Of a DNA stretch of 60,588 nt, positions 24,691 through 38,665 are shown piece after piece. The translations under genes were made by a program, and so were the position numbers. The DNA is taken from the NCBI RefSeq assembly GCF_016433145.1, contig NC_058134.1:309621853-309682440 (forward strand), written 5' to 3'. Positions within the stretch are counted from its first letter, which is position 1. The number at the start of each line of letters is the position of its first letter. This DNA is from Gracilinanus agilis (taxonomy: Eukaryota). A model generated the notes under the pieces. It ran no database searches. It saw nothing but the letters and a program-made list of their open reading frames with translations, and was not told the DNA's origin.

Positions 24691-25616
24691 CTGTACAAGG
24701 GAGAACACTGGTTCGGTCTGAGAGCAGGGGGCTATTCCGGGCAACCGGTATAAAGGGAAAATCCCAGAAGCTTCCTGGAAATGCATCCTGCTGGAGCTGG
24801 GGGAAACTGAGGCACAGGGGACAGTGCTCCAAGGCACAGGAAGCGGGTGGTCAGGCTGAACTCAGAGGCTGGACTTAGCCTGAGTCTCTTTCCACTAGAG
24901 CCAGAACAGAGGAGCGCAGGCAGGGGTTCACCATGTTTGCTCCCTGTAAGTGATGGCACCAGCCCGATGCCGGGCTGGGCTCAGGCAGGCAGGGATCCAG
25001 AGGCTCAATGAGGCCTAGAGGGGGGCAAGGTCACCCTGCTATGGACTAACGAGCACACCTGGAGCTGGAAGCTGGCTTAGACTGCTGGCCTCGGGCTCTC
25101 TCAACAGCCTGCCCCAAGAGAGCAGGCCACAGGCTTGAGGCAGGCCCCGAGCTGCCTGGTCCAGACCCCTTGGGGAGCAGCCTCCAAAGGGCAATCGTAC
25201 TCCCAGGATTCATCAGCCTGAACGAGGGAAGGCCCCGCTGTGTCCCTTTCCCAGTCATTACTGACTCGGCCCCTTCAGATTTGGGGCTGTGCTAGGCAGA
25301 AGCACAGGAGATGGGGGGTGATGGGGGGGGGGGTGGCCTCCAACCAATGCGACCTCAGACAAACTGGCCAGGGGCCCGACTACCTCCATAACCTTTACGT
25401 AGCAAATTAACTCAGCAGTCCAAGAGGGGAGACCACAAAGGTTTGGCTCAAGAAGCAGCACCGGGCACTGGTCCCTGACACAGGGCACGACAGCTGACCC
25501 AGGCCTAGAAAGCCACTGGGCAGCGGCACGTGGGCACCCGCCATGCCCCAGCTCTGGGATGCTGGCCTCAAGCGCGGGCGGCCCCCACCGTGCCCGGGTT
25601 CACATTCACCCTTTAC

Positions 25617-25708
25617 CTCGTTGAGGTTAATTTCAATCACTTGGTCATAGTGGCAGCCAGGGTCGGGCACCAAGTGGTCCTTGAATTCTTCGGCCAATTG
25701 AGCAATGT
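25617..25708 (-). CDS. ACO2: ACO2 exon 8
   Basis: (D)[30 protein letters not shown]; 92 nt. Confidence 0.98.
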
Positions 25709-26139
25709 CTGAAAAGAGCCAGGGAGGCCGGTCAGCGACCCTGTCCAAATCCCCCGAGGAAACACCTATCAAACTCCCAGAGTGCTCAGGATTGGGGAGG
25801 AAGGAACAGACACGGGCCACGGGAAATAGAATAGGGATGGCTGGGCGGTCAGTCTGTCGTGGAGACCCGAAATGGTCCTAGCCCCGCCCCACTGTCCAGA
25901 CAGAACTCTCATTTCTGACCAGGGACCATGGGGACCACGTGGGCCAGCAGATGCGATACTCTGTCCTGGCAACATCGGGGTGCAGGCAGACTGTTCTCTG
26001 TTCTTCAGCACTTCCCCAGCCCTCGGGCCCTCCCAGCTCCAACATTCTGTTTCTCTTTCCACGTAGCCGGGGCAGAGGACGGGAATGCCACCCCCAGGCC
26101 CCAGGGTCCTCACGAGGAATCGAGAGGTTCAGGTGCCTA

Positions 26140-26743
<604 letters not shown>

Positions 26744-26746
26744 CTA

Positions 26747-27016
<270 letters not shown>

Positions 27017-27234
27017 TTAAGGACCAGAACCTGAGACGCTGAGCATGCAGGTGGAGGAGGCGAGGAGTCTGGGAAATCAGGCAAGAAAGTGGCCTCCCCC
27101 AACCCTGGCTAGCCCAGGCCAGGCCTTTTATGGATTTCACTGGTCCCACCGACGACTGCGGAGCATCACCAAGTTTGCAAACATCCATATGGAGCTGCAG
27201 AACAGCTTGTGAAGAAGGACTGCCGGTGGCGTTA

Positions 27235-27621
<387 letters not shown>

Positions 27622-28084
27622 TTATTCCCCGAGCTGGCTGAGCCCCTCAGAGAAGACATCCCGAGCCAATCAGAGACAGTATGAGCGAGTTCCTGTGGGC
27701 CCCCAACGAGGGATCAGGCCAGAACAGAAGGGGCCAAGAACCAACCCTCCTACCCCGGAGGTCAGGCTGGACCAGGTCCAGTGGAGGTGGCTGGGATGCC
27801 TCACACTCGCCCTGTGCTGACCACATACCTGAGGCCGGCTGTGGGCGCCTTTCTAGCCATCCCATTTGAGAGGGAGATGAACCTAACGGGCCCTGTCCAG
27901 CATGGAAAGGGGAACTCAAAACCTGGGAGTCAGGTAGCCTCACAAGGATCCAGAAAATGAAGGGCAGCACGGGGCAGGCCTGGAGACCAAGCCCTACAAG
28001 GCCTGAGGATGTGAGATGGGCCGAGGAGAGGGTCAGGGAGGGGAGAGGAGCTGATTGCCGAGTCCCAGGATCTGGAATCATTGT

Positions 28085-28350
28085 TGTTCGGTTGTGTCTG
28101 ACTCTCGGTGACCTCATTTGGGGTTTCTTGGCAAAGACACTGGGATGGTTTGCTGTTTCCTTCTCCAACTCATTTTACAGACGAGGAAACAGAAGCAAAC
28201 AGGGCTAAGTGACTTGCCCAGGGTCAGACAGCTAAGACACTGAAGCGGTTTGCCATTTCCTTCTCCAGCTCATTTTATAGATAAGGAACTAAGGCAAACA
28301 GGGTTCAGTGACTCGCCCAAGGTTACACAACTGGGAAGTGTCTGAGGCTA
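28085..28350 (-). mobile_element. MAR1-like SINE with duplicated core
   Basis: Two consecutive ~105-bp units ggtttgc..tttccttctcca.ctcatttta.aga...gtgact.gccca. Confidence 0.7.
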
Positions 28351-29092
28351 GGCCCTCAATCCACTGGGCCACCTTGCTGCCCAAGTATCTCGAGGGGGTC
28401 ACATAAAGAATTCAGCCTGTTCTGTATGGCTGCAAAGGAGAGGAGCAGGACCAAGGGGCATAGCTTTGTCCAAAGTGAAGTTTTCACTTACAGTGAGAGC
28501 TGCCCTATGATGGGAAGGCCTGGCCCCATGTTCCCTGTCCTAGCAGGAAGGGCTTCCAGAGGGCAGCTGGGCTCTTCTCCTCTGAGGCACTGCCCCCCCC
28601 CCCCCCCCCAGGGCTAAGGGAACAGGAATCGGAGAGAGGGCAAAGGAGAGTCTAGCAGCCTCAGGAGGAGAGGGATGGGTCTGAACCCCAACTCAACTGC
28701 TAAAGAGCTGCGTGGCCTCAGTCAAACTGTCCATCCTCTCTCTGTCCACTATGGCCCCTTCTAGGTGACAGAAGTTCCTGCCTTGTGGGCACTGGGTGAA
28801 TGCTGAAGAAGCTCATGCTGTAGGAGATGGCAAGTGTGCCCACCTGGCACACAGTGGCAGGAATAGGGCCAAGATTTAGGGGCCCTCAGGCCCAGCTGAG
28901 CCACTAGTTGGCTAGAAGTGGAAGGGGGTCGGGAAGCCGTGTCAAAGCTCTGAAATGCCCCAGTTTTCAGCCAAAAAAGGGCCCGAGGCTTTCTGACTTT
29001 TGCCTTTGTGTGTGAGCCGGGCCGTTCAGGGTCCCAGATGGGACAACATTCTAGACCAAGCAGTCCTTGGCCAGGGGAAGCCCAACCCCTCA

Positions 29093-29416
<324 letters not shown>

Positions 29417-29729
29417 TTAATCCCTGCCAGCTAGGAAATGCCTAGGAGAATGCCCTTTGTGCCAGCGTCCTCTGGGAACAAAATGGGGTGTGGGGAATGA
29501 AGGAGGAATGTCCCCTTCCGGCCCCAGAGACCCAAAGTGCACCTAGCCAAGAGCGGCCTAGACGACACCGAGTGAGTTCCTAAGCAAAATATGTCATTTT
29601 TCTAAAAAAAAAAGCAAAGAGGAGTGAGCCTGCCAGGCGTCCAGACTTTGGTTCTTGATGGCTTGGCTCCAAAGAGATCCTCCCAGCACCCCAAAACCCT
29701 CTACGGCAGTCCAGAAGCCCCTTCCCTAC

Positions 29730-29872
29730 CTTTTCCGGACGATGTTAATGTTCTTTTCCAGGAGCTCATAGTGGATGTAGTCATGGGGCTCAAAGTGGCT
29801 CATGGCCACCTTGGCTGGCCGGCATAGGATGGAAGCCACATGGTACCTTCGGACCCCATTGCCCAGCACCTT
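29730..29872 (-). CDS. ACO2: ACO2 exon 2
   Basis: [47 protein letters not shown](R); 143 nt. Confidence 0.97.
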
Positions 29873-30449
29873 CTGTAAGGAGAGAGGAGATGACTGAGCC
29901 GAGTAGTGGCCAGCGTGTGGAGCTATGAGTTTGGAGAAAACCTCCTGCAGGGGCAGTTTTAGGACTGACCAGGAGAAGCGACGGGGAAAAGAAGCCATCT
30001 GGGTCAGGCCCTCGCACTCAGGACAGCAGCCTTAAAAGAACAATGGCTCTTAGGTCTGCCATGTGCTCATGCGATGCAGCCCAGCCTTGTTCCTCCTGAA
30101 CGACATGCCCTGGCCTCATTCTGCCTGGGCCAACGGGCAGGCTGGACCTCCCGAGCACCCGTGTGTTATGAAGGGCAGACAGCCAGGGAATGATCTGGAT
30201 GAGGAGAGAGCTGGCTTGTGTGTGACTTTAGGACTACCCGGCATTTCCTCGAGAAGCTGCTACTGACCGGTTACCTCGGGTGTCCCCCTGCCTAGAAGGG
30301 AGAGGGGCTCACGATACCGTGGGCAGGGGCTTCTCCTAGAGCTCAGAGGGGCCTGGACCTAGCCTGGCACTGGGCATGGCCCCTCTGGCCCTCAGAAAAC
30401 CACCACCACAGCTCAGGAATATGAACACAGAGATACCAGAGGCCCTTGG

Positions 30450-30807
30450 TGTAACAATTAAAATTGATAAAGGCTGATATTATGAGGAAAACTAATATTT
30501 TATTTAGGCCCACGTTGATAGAATAAATCGGACCACGCGCCTAGCTAAGATCTCTTCAAACTCCCCGCCGGTCTATACCTTCCATCTCCTTTGGCTGCTT
30601 CGTAGGAAGAGACCTCAAGCCTCCTTGGTCAATACTTAAAGCCGGGCTTTGCGTTCGAGACGTCATCACGTCCAAAACCGGAAACCCGTTGCATCACGGA
30701 AAATGTAGTCTCAAAGTCCCTCACATGTCCACAGGAAGTTGGTCATATATCTACATATCTTGAGGCTTAATACTTCTAATGGAACCCCAGTAATTTTAAA
30801 TAACACA
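30450..30807 (-). mobile_element. Solo LTR (ERV1-like) in ACO2 intron 1
   Basis: TG...CA termini, 4-bp TSD TTGG (30446-30449 and 30808-30811), imperfect terminal inverted repeat. TATA-like, then AATAAA, in minus-strand order. Confidence 0.8.
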
Positions 30808-32044
30808 TTGGTCAGCCCTTAGGGGCTAGAGAAATGGCAGCATTAGGGCCACATCTGAGGAGTGGAGTGATGAGTGGACCAGTGAGAGTGGATGGCAGCT
30901 TGAGCTTGGACAGGCAAGCTGGGCCCCACCTTCTGTCCCTAGACAGACGGACGACAACTTGAGCCTCTGATGGTCACATGGAGATGTCAGCTCACCTGCC
31001 TATGTGGAAGTAAGAGGCGGCTCTGGCCACACACTCAAGAGGAGCACCATAGGCCACAGAAAGGTCCCCCCAAGGACACAGGAAGTGAACCTAAAGGCTG
31101 GATTAACACATCACGACAGGCAGGCCCAGGAAAAGGGACTCTAGTCCGGGGCTTAGTCAGGAGACGCAGGTGGAAGTCCTGACTCAGTGAGAAGGCCACT
31201 GAGCTGATGGGAGCCTTATTTGCCAGCAGGGCACAGTGGGTACAGTGACTCACAGGCCTGGCCTTGCTCCTTATGCCCCAGGGGACGAGAACAGCCATGC
31301 ACAGAGCCTCTCCATCTCCAGCCTTTGGCCTCTTTCCCTAGAACATGGAGAGGCAGGCAAGGCAATGGATGATGCTGGCATTAAATGATGTTTATGGAAG
31401 AACCTGTGTCTCTCTTGGGTTTTAGGGCCCTCTGGGTGAGGAAATGCCCTTCACCAATACCGGCTGGCTCCCTTAGAGAGTTGTCAAAGGGGCTAAGAGA
31501 CTTGTCCAGGATCCCACATCTGCAATGGGCCAGAGGTCAGCCTGGCTCTACCCATTGCGCCACACTGCCCAGGGGTTTACGGAGCACTAGAAATCTTCCA
31601 AAGCATGTAAATGCATTCTCTCCTCTGAAACTCAGAAACACTTTGTAGTCACCCCATTTTACAGATAAAAAACTAAGGCTCAGAGTAAACTTGAAGGTCT
31701 GTCTTCCTAATTCCAAATCCAGCCAAGCTGCTGCCCTTTAATCCCCTGAACAGAGTTCTTGCTGTCATTATGCAGAAACCCAAAGATGATGATGAAGCAC
31801 TTAGCAGCCCAAGAGCGAAGCCTGCACTAGCCAGGATATAATCACCCCCAGACCAGGTTGGATCCCCGACAGGAGACAACAAGAGCTGCCAGCACTGAGA
31901 GGTGTACAAAACAGTTCTGTTATTCCCATCTTACAATGAAGTGACTTGTTCAGGGCCACACAGCTCCTAAGTATCTGAGGTGGACTGGAACTCAAGTCTT
32001 CCTGACTGCAGGCCCTCGCACCATTAACCCAGCTAAACTTTATT

Positions 32045-32500
32045 TTTTATTTCATTTTATTTTATTTTAGAAAGCTTCTCAATTTGCATCCAACTCCACC
32101 AGTTCTTTCTCTGGAGGTGGATCGAGAGCATTCTTTGTCCCAAGTCCCTCAAGAGTTGTCCTGGATCATCGCATTGTTATTAATAGCAAAGTCTCTCACA
32201 TTTGATCGTCCTACGATGTTTCAGTGACTGTGTACAATGTTCTCCTGGTTCTGCTCATGTCACTCCACATCAGGTCATGGAGGTCTTCCCAGCTCTTCCC
32301 AAAGGAATCCTCCAGTTCCTCCTTCCACTCCCATCATAGACCACAATTGGTTCAGCCATTCCCTGATCAAAGGCCACCCGCTCAGTTTTCAATTCTTGGC
32401 CACCACAGAAAGAGCTGCTCGAAATGCTTTTGTATAAGCAGGTCTTTCCCCCCCTTTTTGATCTCTTTGGGGTGCAGGCCTAGCCGTGGCATAACTGGGC
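32045..32500 (-). mobile_element. LINE-1 3' fragment
   Basis: T-rich tail, then gtgtacaatgttctcctggttctgctca and ttcagccattccctgat...aattcttggccaccaca, typical of marsupial L1 3' ends. Confidence 0.7.
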
Positions 32501-32584
32501 TCATCTTCTTTAAAGGAAAACAGTAAGTACATCCACACATCTACCACGAAGGCTTTACATGGGCATCCCAAGAAAACATATTGG

Positions 32585-32800
32585 TTATTGTTCGGTCATG
32601 TCCGACTCTTCACGACCCCGTTTGGGAGTTTCTCAGCAAAGATACTGGAGCAGTTCACCATTTCCTTCTCCAATGGATTAAGCAAATAGTGGTTAGTGAC
32701 TAGCCCTGGGTCTCACAGCTACCAAGTGTCTGGCCTAGATTTGAACTGAGGTCTTCCAGACTCCAGGCCCAGCACTCTATCCACTGAGCAGTCAAGCTGC
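32585..32800 (-). mobile_element. MAR1-like CORE-SINE
   Basis: gtcatgtccgactcttcacgacccc...ccatttccttctcca (RTE tail), then reverse head. Confidence 0.75.
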
Positions 32801-33494
32801 TAATAAAACCTACCTTTCTATGAAAGCTGGAGGGCTGAGGGAGGCTTGTGCCCAGAAGGGAGGAGCACTCATTGGTTATCTCTCACCCCCTGAAAAGGTC
32901 CTCTGGCAAGTGAGTGTGAGGTGCCCTGAGGTTCTCCCCCCTCAGTTCATAGTCACAAAAGGCTTGCTGTTCTCTTCCCTAGGGGAGCCAGGCCTGCCCT
33001 AGTGGCTCCTTCCACAGTCTACCTAAGCAGGGCACAGGCTGCGGCCAATGGGCTCACAGGGACAGGACAAGAGGAGGCCATGTTCTTAGAGCTGAGCTTC
33101 TCTCCTCCCAGCCACTGCCTTTGCTTGGTGCAGAGACCTGCATTTCCTGCCTGTGCCACCTCTTGGGTGGGTAGGGGTTACATAACAAGATGATGGGTTT
33201 CAAGATACGAGGGGCCTTCCAAGGAAAGGCACAGTCTAAGCTAACTGCCTCATTTTACACATAACGAAGTCAAGGTCTAGAGAAGGAACATGACTTACTC
33301 AAGTTGTCACAGGACGGAAATCCAGTCTTGGGACCCCTGCCCCCAGGGCTCTTTACACTAGATCCATGAACATGTTCCAAGGATTACTAGAGCCAAGATT
33401 CCAGCACAAATGCTGACTCTATCGCAAGAGCCATCACTCAGGCTCACAAATTTGCTCAGCATATTCTTGGATTCTTTCTTTCTTTTTTTTCCTT

Positions 33495-33690
33495 GTAAAA
33501 ATCCTTACCTTCTGCTTTAGAATCAACACTGTGAATTGGTTTAAAGGCAGAAGAGCCATAAGGGCTGGGCAATGAAGGTTACGTGACTTGCCCAGGGCTA
33601 CCCAGCTAGGAAGTGGCTGAGGCCAGATTAGAACCCAGGACCTCCCATCTCCAGGCCTGGCTCTCCATTCACTGAGTCACCTGGCTGCCC
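33495..33690 (-). mobile_element. SINE1_Mdo-like SINE
   Basis: Full reverse copy ending ccattcactgagtcacctggctgccc. Confidence 0.8.
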
Positions 33691-35342
33691 TTTGGATGTT
33701 TTACTTTAAAGGATCCATCCTATGGTCAAGCTGGGGTAGTGGAAAGGGCAATGCACCAGAAAAATCCCTCCACACCTTCCCATCCCATTCTTTCCCAAGT
33801 TTTCCTAGAAATTCTTCAAAGAGGACCCACCCAGTGCACTGATCAAATTCCTTGGGTTCTTTATGTTTAAAGGTACCAATGTCATACCTAGCTGTCCAAG
33901 TTAGGTCATTCTGCATCTAAGCTGTGACTGCCTGCAATATCGATGCACCAGTTCAACAGGCTGCCCGTCATGAGCCGGGTTAGAGAGATTTTCATCCACT
34001 TTGTTTCTCCAGTATAGATGGTTTCTAGGAATAAAATACAAAGCCAGCAACTCCCAGGAGAGCAGAGTGACCACACAAGCAGCCAGCACTACTACACAAA
34101 CTCAATCAACAAATACTGAAAGTTTCCAGCCAAATCCAACCATCTGCTGATCCTATGCTCACATTCTTCTTCCCTATGCTTGGAGAATGTGGTCCACCCC
34201 ACCACCCCCAGAAGTCTAGATTCTTCACCACCGCCCAATCCAACTGGCCAACCCAAAGGAAAGCTCCTTCATGAAGGCCTCCCTGATCCTCTCCTTCCTA
34301 CCCTCTGCTCTCCACTGCTACTTGCATGACCCTAGGGAATGGAGGAACTGTGGAGTCCATTCCTGTGCAAAATCCTATGCTCCACCACCAGGTGCTGGCT
34401 GCAGTCATGGCCAACTCGCCACCTCTTGGAGCCTCCGTTTCCTTACCTGCAAAACAGAGATGCTCCTGGTGCAACTTCCCTCACGGGACTGTTGGGAAGA
34501 AGGTGGTGGTAAGCTGCCTAGGGAAATCTGGCCTGCTGTTTTGGATGGAGATGATCAAAGAGGACCAAGGGAAAGCTATGAGCTTTGCCTTACAGAGAGC
34601 TTTTCTCATGGCACGAGGCCGAGTTTGAGTCTCTGTTCCAAAGCTTTGACAAAGGACTGGTTCCTTTGGGGTCCAGACACAGCAGAGGGGCTGCCCCGCT
34701 CCTGGCAGAAGACGTGGGCTCAGGGTGCATTATGTCAGACACAGGTTTGGGCATGAGGCCAAGGCTGGAATCTGCTTTGCGTGAGTAAATGGACATTTGT
34801 TACCAAGGGTTTCTTCCCTTTGTTCACTGGGCGGTGCAGGGGATGGTACAAATACAAGCTAACTGAAGAAAGCGTTAGCTACAAGATGCCTTCTGAGTGT
34901 CTGCTTTCTTCTCTGTCAGGCTCCAAGGCCAGGGACCTGTCTCCCACCTGCAGATAGTGCCTCATCTCAGTCTCCCCTGCTCTCCTGCCCTGGCTTCCTT
35001 GGGAAGAGGCTCAAGGAGAGATCCCTCCCTCCAGCAGGGCAAGGCCTTTGGAACCAAAGGGCAGGGGCCTCTGGGTGTTTGGAAGCAAACTGCTGGCTGC
35101 CTCCCCTGGAGACACACATTCCGAGAGCTCCTCCAGGACGCATGGGGACAGCAGACAGGTTTCCTATGGATTCCAATCTGAACCGTCCAAGAATAGCGTC
35201 TTCAACCAATTTCCAATCCTACACCTAGAAATTCTACCATTAGACACTGACTTCTTCGAATCAGCTCCTTTCTTTGTTCCTTTTTAAAATACGAGTTCTA
35301 GCCACACAGATCATGTTTGGAAGAATTTCTTATTATCCTGAA

Positions 35343-35400
35343 TTAATATAATATAATATAATATAATATATAATAAAACATAATACATATAATAATAGAA
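35343..35400. repeat. (ATATA)n / AT-rich microsatellite
   Basis: taatataatataatataatataatatataataa. Confidence 0.9.
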
Positions 35401-37646
35401 TAAAAAACATCCCTGAAGCCAGGGGCCAGAATCCTGCATGACCACCCAAGATACCTGGAACAATTCCGGAGGGTGTGAGGGGCTTCGAGTTAGATCTGTT
35501 TGGTTCATCTCCTATACCTCACTCACTCCACAAAGGGGCCCCAGGGCTCTGTCCAGGATCTGGTAAGGTCCTCAGGGGCTGAGAATGAGTCTCCCATATT
35601 ACAGAGGAGGACTCTAGGGCCCAGCCCAGGCAATAGGTGGCACAGCAGGGCCTTGGATTCTACCCCACTGCTCCCTAGCCTAAGCTCTGGCAGGTCCTGG
35701 AAAGGCCCCGGAGGGGCCCTGGGAACCTGGTGTCTAAGCCAGCCTGGAGAGAGGGGAAGAGAGGCTCGGCTGCCCACCAACTGGCATTTTTTTGGCCACA
35801 ACAACAGAAGAAGGCTGGAGACAGAGAAGGGACTGCACACACTTGGGAGGATCTGTGCCAGTGGACTCCCAGAGCCTCCAAGGATTGGCGAACTTTTCCT
35901 AAAGCTTCTCCTCTTCTCATGACAGCCGTGGGAGGTAGGAAGGGCCAAATGATCCCACAGAAATGATGCTACACACTGTGCTTTGTAACCATAAATAACT
36001 ACATAGATGCAAGCAACTGTTTTTAACAGAAAAAAACAAACTGAAGGAGACTTGGGGGGAAGACCCCCAAGGAAAAGGGATGGGACAGAGTCAAGGGCTT
36101 CCTACATATTCTTCATCTGGGGCTCTCATAGAAGACAAGTTGGGCCCAGAGTGCTGGAGCCTTGTGAATGCCTGGCATCTCGCCCTTTTGAAAGAAGGCA
36201 GGGGAGGGAGCTCCAGCTCTCAGCAGCCTGGTCTTCCCTTGCCCCTTGAGCCCAACTGGTCACAGTCCACCTCTTTTCCTCAGTCTCCACCAGGCCCAGT
36301 CTCTACAGGCACAGTGATTCTACCCTTTTTCCTTCAGAGGGAGGGGGGACAGATCTCAGCTGCTGATCCCGTGCCACAGGGATCTTTATGCCCCAGTAAG
36401 AATGTCTGTCCTTGCCATCTCCAGGAATCATGGTACAAATTTACCCAACTGGACCTTGGAACACCCATCAGAGATGAGATATTACCACAAGTCATGAACT
36501 TTGGAAGGAGAAAACCCAAGATGGTACCCGATGACTCAGCCTGAGCTACCTTGTCTTGCTGCAGAAAAGGAAGCTCTGGGTGGTAGATTCCGGGCCCCAG
36601 TGGGGCCCTGCTCCTCCCCAAGGTGATCACCATGTGATGTGGTAGCCAGGATGTCTGGGTGACTCAGCACCCCTCTTATTTTGGTTCTGGTCTCACAACT
36701 GGACCCTGGCTCAGGAGCTGGACTTCCAGCTGTGCGAGGTGGCCTAGGAAGCCCAGCAGCTCCCTTCTAACTCTCAGGCCCAGGGACTCCAGCCAACAGG
36801 AAATCCATTTTCCCCGTGAGAGCCCTTCACATTCTAAAAACTAGTGCCTCACTCCCTCACTCCCCACACTGCCACCGCCTACATCTCAGGGGATGCTTCT
36901 GGATCTCTCCAGGGCTCAACTGGCCTGATCCGAATTCAATCTATTCATTAAGACCCCTCCCAAGAGTGGGAACCAGGCCTGCGTGCACTGATCCTGCTGG
37001 GCCTACCTTGAGGACAATCGCTTCCCCTCCAGCAGACACTAGGATCCTGTGGTGGCTGGTCCCTCAACTCCCTCAACGGCAGCCATGTACCCTATCACGC
37101 AGCCAGAGGGCCAGGGACCCCAGCAGAAACTCAAGATTTCCCAGTGTGAATTCATGCCAATGAACCCTGGAGTCAGTCATTTACTCCCATTATGGATCGT
37201 CATGGTAAGGAGGGCTGTAAGGCAGGGCCTGGCCCATCTCTATTATGTGACTGCTGATGAGCCAGGAAAATGGGAGCACAGGGCAGAAGAACCCCAAGTT
37301 TCTACTAACTTCATAGGGGCCTCTTGCTGGAACAAAGGAAACTTCTTGGAATGGCTACCCAAGGCCTGACACCCCCCCACCCCCACCCCGGGTAGTCTTA
37401 GCAGGAGACTAAGAGAGGCCCAGCAGCGAGGTTCAAATGTCACCCAAACTAATCAACTGGCATTTACTTTTCAAAACCAGAGTTTTACCAATGCCTTTAG
37501 TTTTACATTGAAATCAGGGTCAGGATACCCTTCCTGGGCAGCCATCTCCCTTCCCAGAAGGCTAAATAAGACATTTTTTTCTTTTTGAAAAAGGAAGAGA
37601 AAAAAATTTCAGAGAAACCGATGAACTCATTGAAAAACCAATATGA

Positions 37647-37858
37647 GGGGGAGCTGGGTGGCTCAGTGGATAGAGCCAGGCCTAGAGATGAGAGACCCTG
37701 GATTCCAGTCTGGCCTCAGATACTTCCTAGTTGTGTGACCTTGGGCAAGTCACTTAACCCCAACTGCTCAGCTCTTACCATTCTTCTGCCTTGGAACCAA
37801 CACACGATATTGATTCTAAGAGAGAAAGTAAGGGTTTAAAAAGAAAAAGAAAGAAAAA
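37647..37858 (+). mobile_element. SINE1_Mdo-like SINE
   Basis: gagctgggtggctcagtggatagagccagg...agggtttaaaaagaaaaagaaag. Confidence 0.85.
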
Positions 37859-38169
37859 CAACGTGATGTGAGCTGCAAAGTCCCACCCCCTCGGCCCAGG
37901 ATCTCCACAGAGGTCTCCTCCTCTCTCTCCTCTGCGGCCCAGCTGGGCCAACTCCATTGAGGCAGGCTGGAGAAGACTGATGGGGACAGATGCTGAGGAG
38001 GGGCGGACGAGACAGAGAAGCAGGGTGAGGAGGCAAACAGAAAAGACTGCCACAAAGAAGAGATCAGGGAAGCTGCGCCCCAGCCTTCCCTGGGTCCCTG
38101 CCCTTGGCAGGAGGGGGAGGGCCACAGGTGTGGCACGTGGCAGAGATTTCCTTTTTAAAGACAGAACAT

Positions 38170-38345
38170 TTCACTTAAAAACAATTTTCACCACTTGTTT
38201 TTTTAATGCAGAGTTCCCAATTCCCTCCCCCGGGGAGACGGCAGCCGAGCCCTCCATGAGCACTGGATGCGGTCTTTGGCTTCTTCCAGTACTGCTCGCT
38301 ATGCTGCTTTTTGTCATCGTTCATGTGATTTTTGTCATAAAAAAA
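38170..38345 (-). mobile_element. Degenerate LINE-1 3' fragment
   Basis: acaattttcaccacttgtttttt...ttccctcccc...gcagccgagccctcc pattern. Confidence 0.45.
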
Positions 38346-38479
38346 GGCTATTAGTTATCTAGGAAGGGGAAGGGGAATTCTGGGGGAAATTCTGAGAATG
38401 GAAATCAAAAAGCCAGCACTAAAACCTCTCATGTTGTCTCTCTCCTTCCCTCTCTCCTCTCTCTCTCTCTCCTCTCCTC

Positions 38480-38665
38480 CCCCTTTACCTACTGTCTTAG
38501 AATTGAAACTAAGTGCTGATCCCCAGGCAGAAGAGAGGTAAGAACTGGGCAAATGGGGTTAAGTGACTTGCCCAAGGCCATCCAACTAGGAAATGTCTGA
38601 GGCTAGACTTGAACCTAGGACCTCCCTCCCATCTCCAGGCCTGGCTCTATCCACGGAGGCACCCA
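38480..38665 (-). mobile_element. SINE1_Mdo-like SINE
   Basis: ccttacc/ctactgtcttagaatt tail...gtgacttgcccaagg...ccaggcctggctctatccac. Confidence 0.75.

Noticed and set aside
31785-31920. ATGATGA...CTGA as a C/D box snoRNA
   Set aside because: No terminal stem, and ACO2 is not a snoRNA host that I know of
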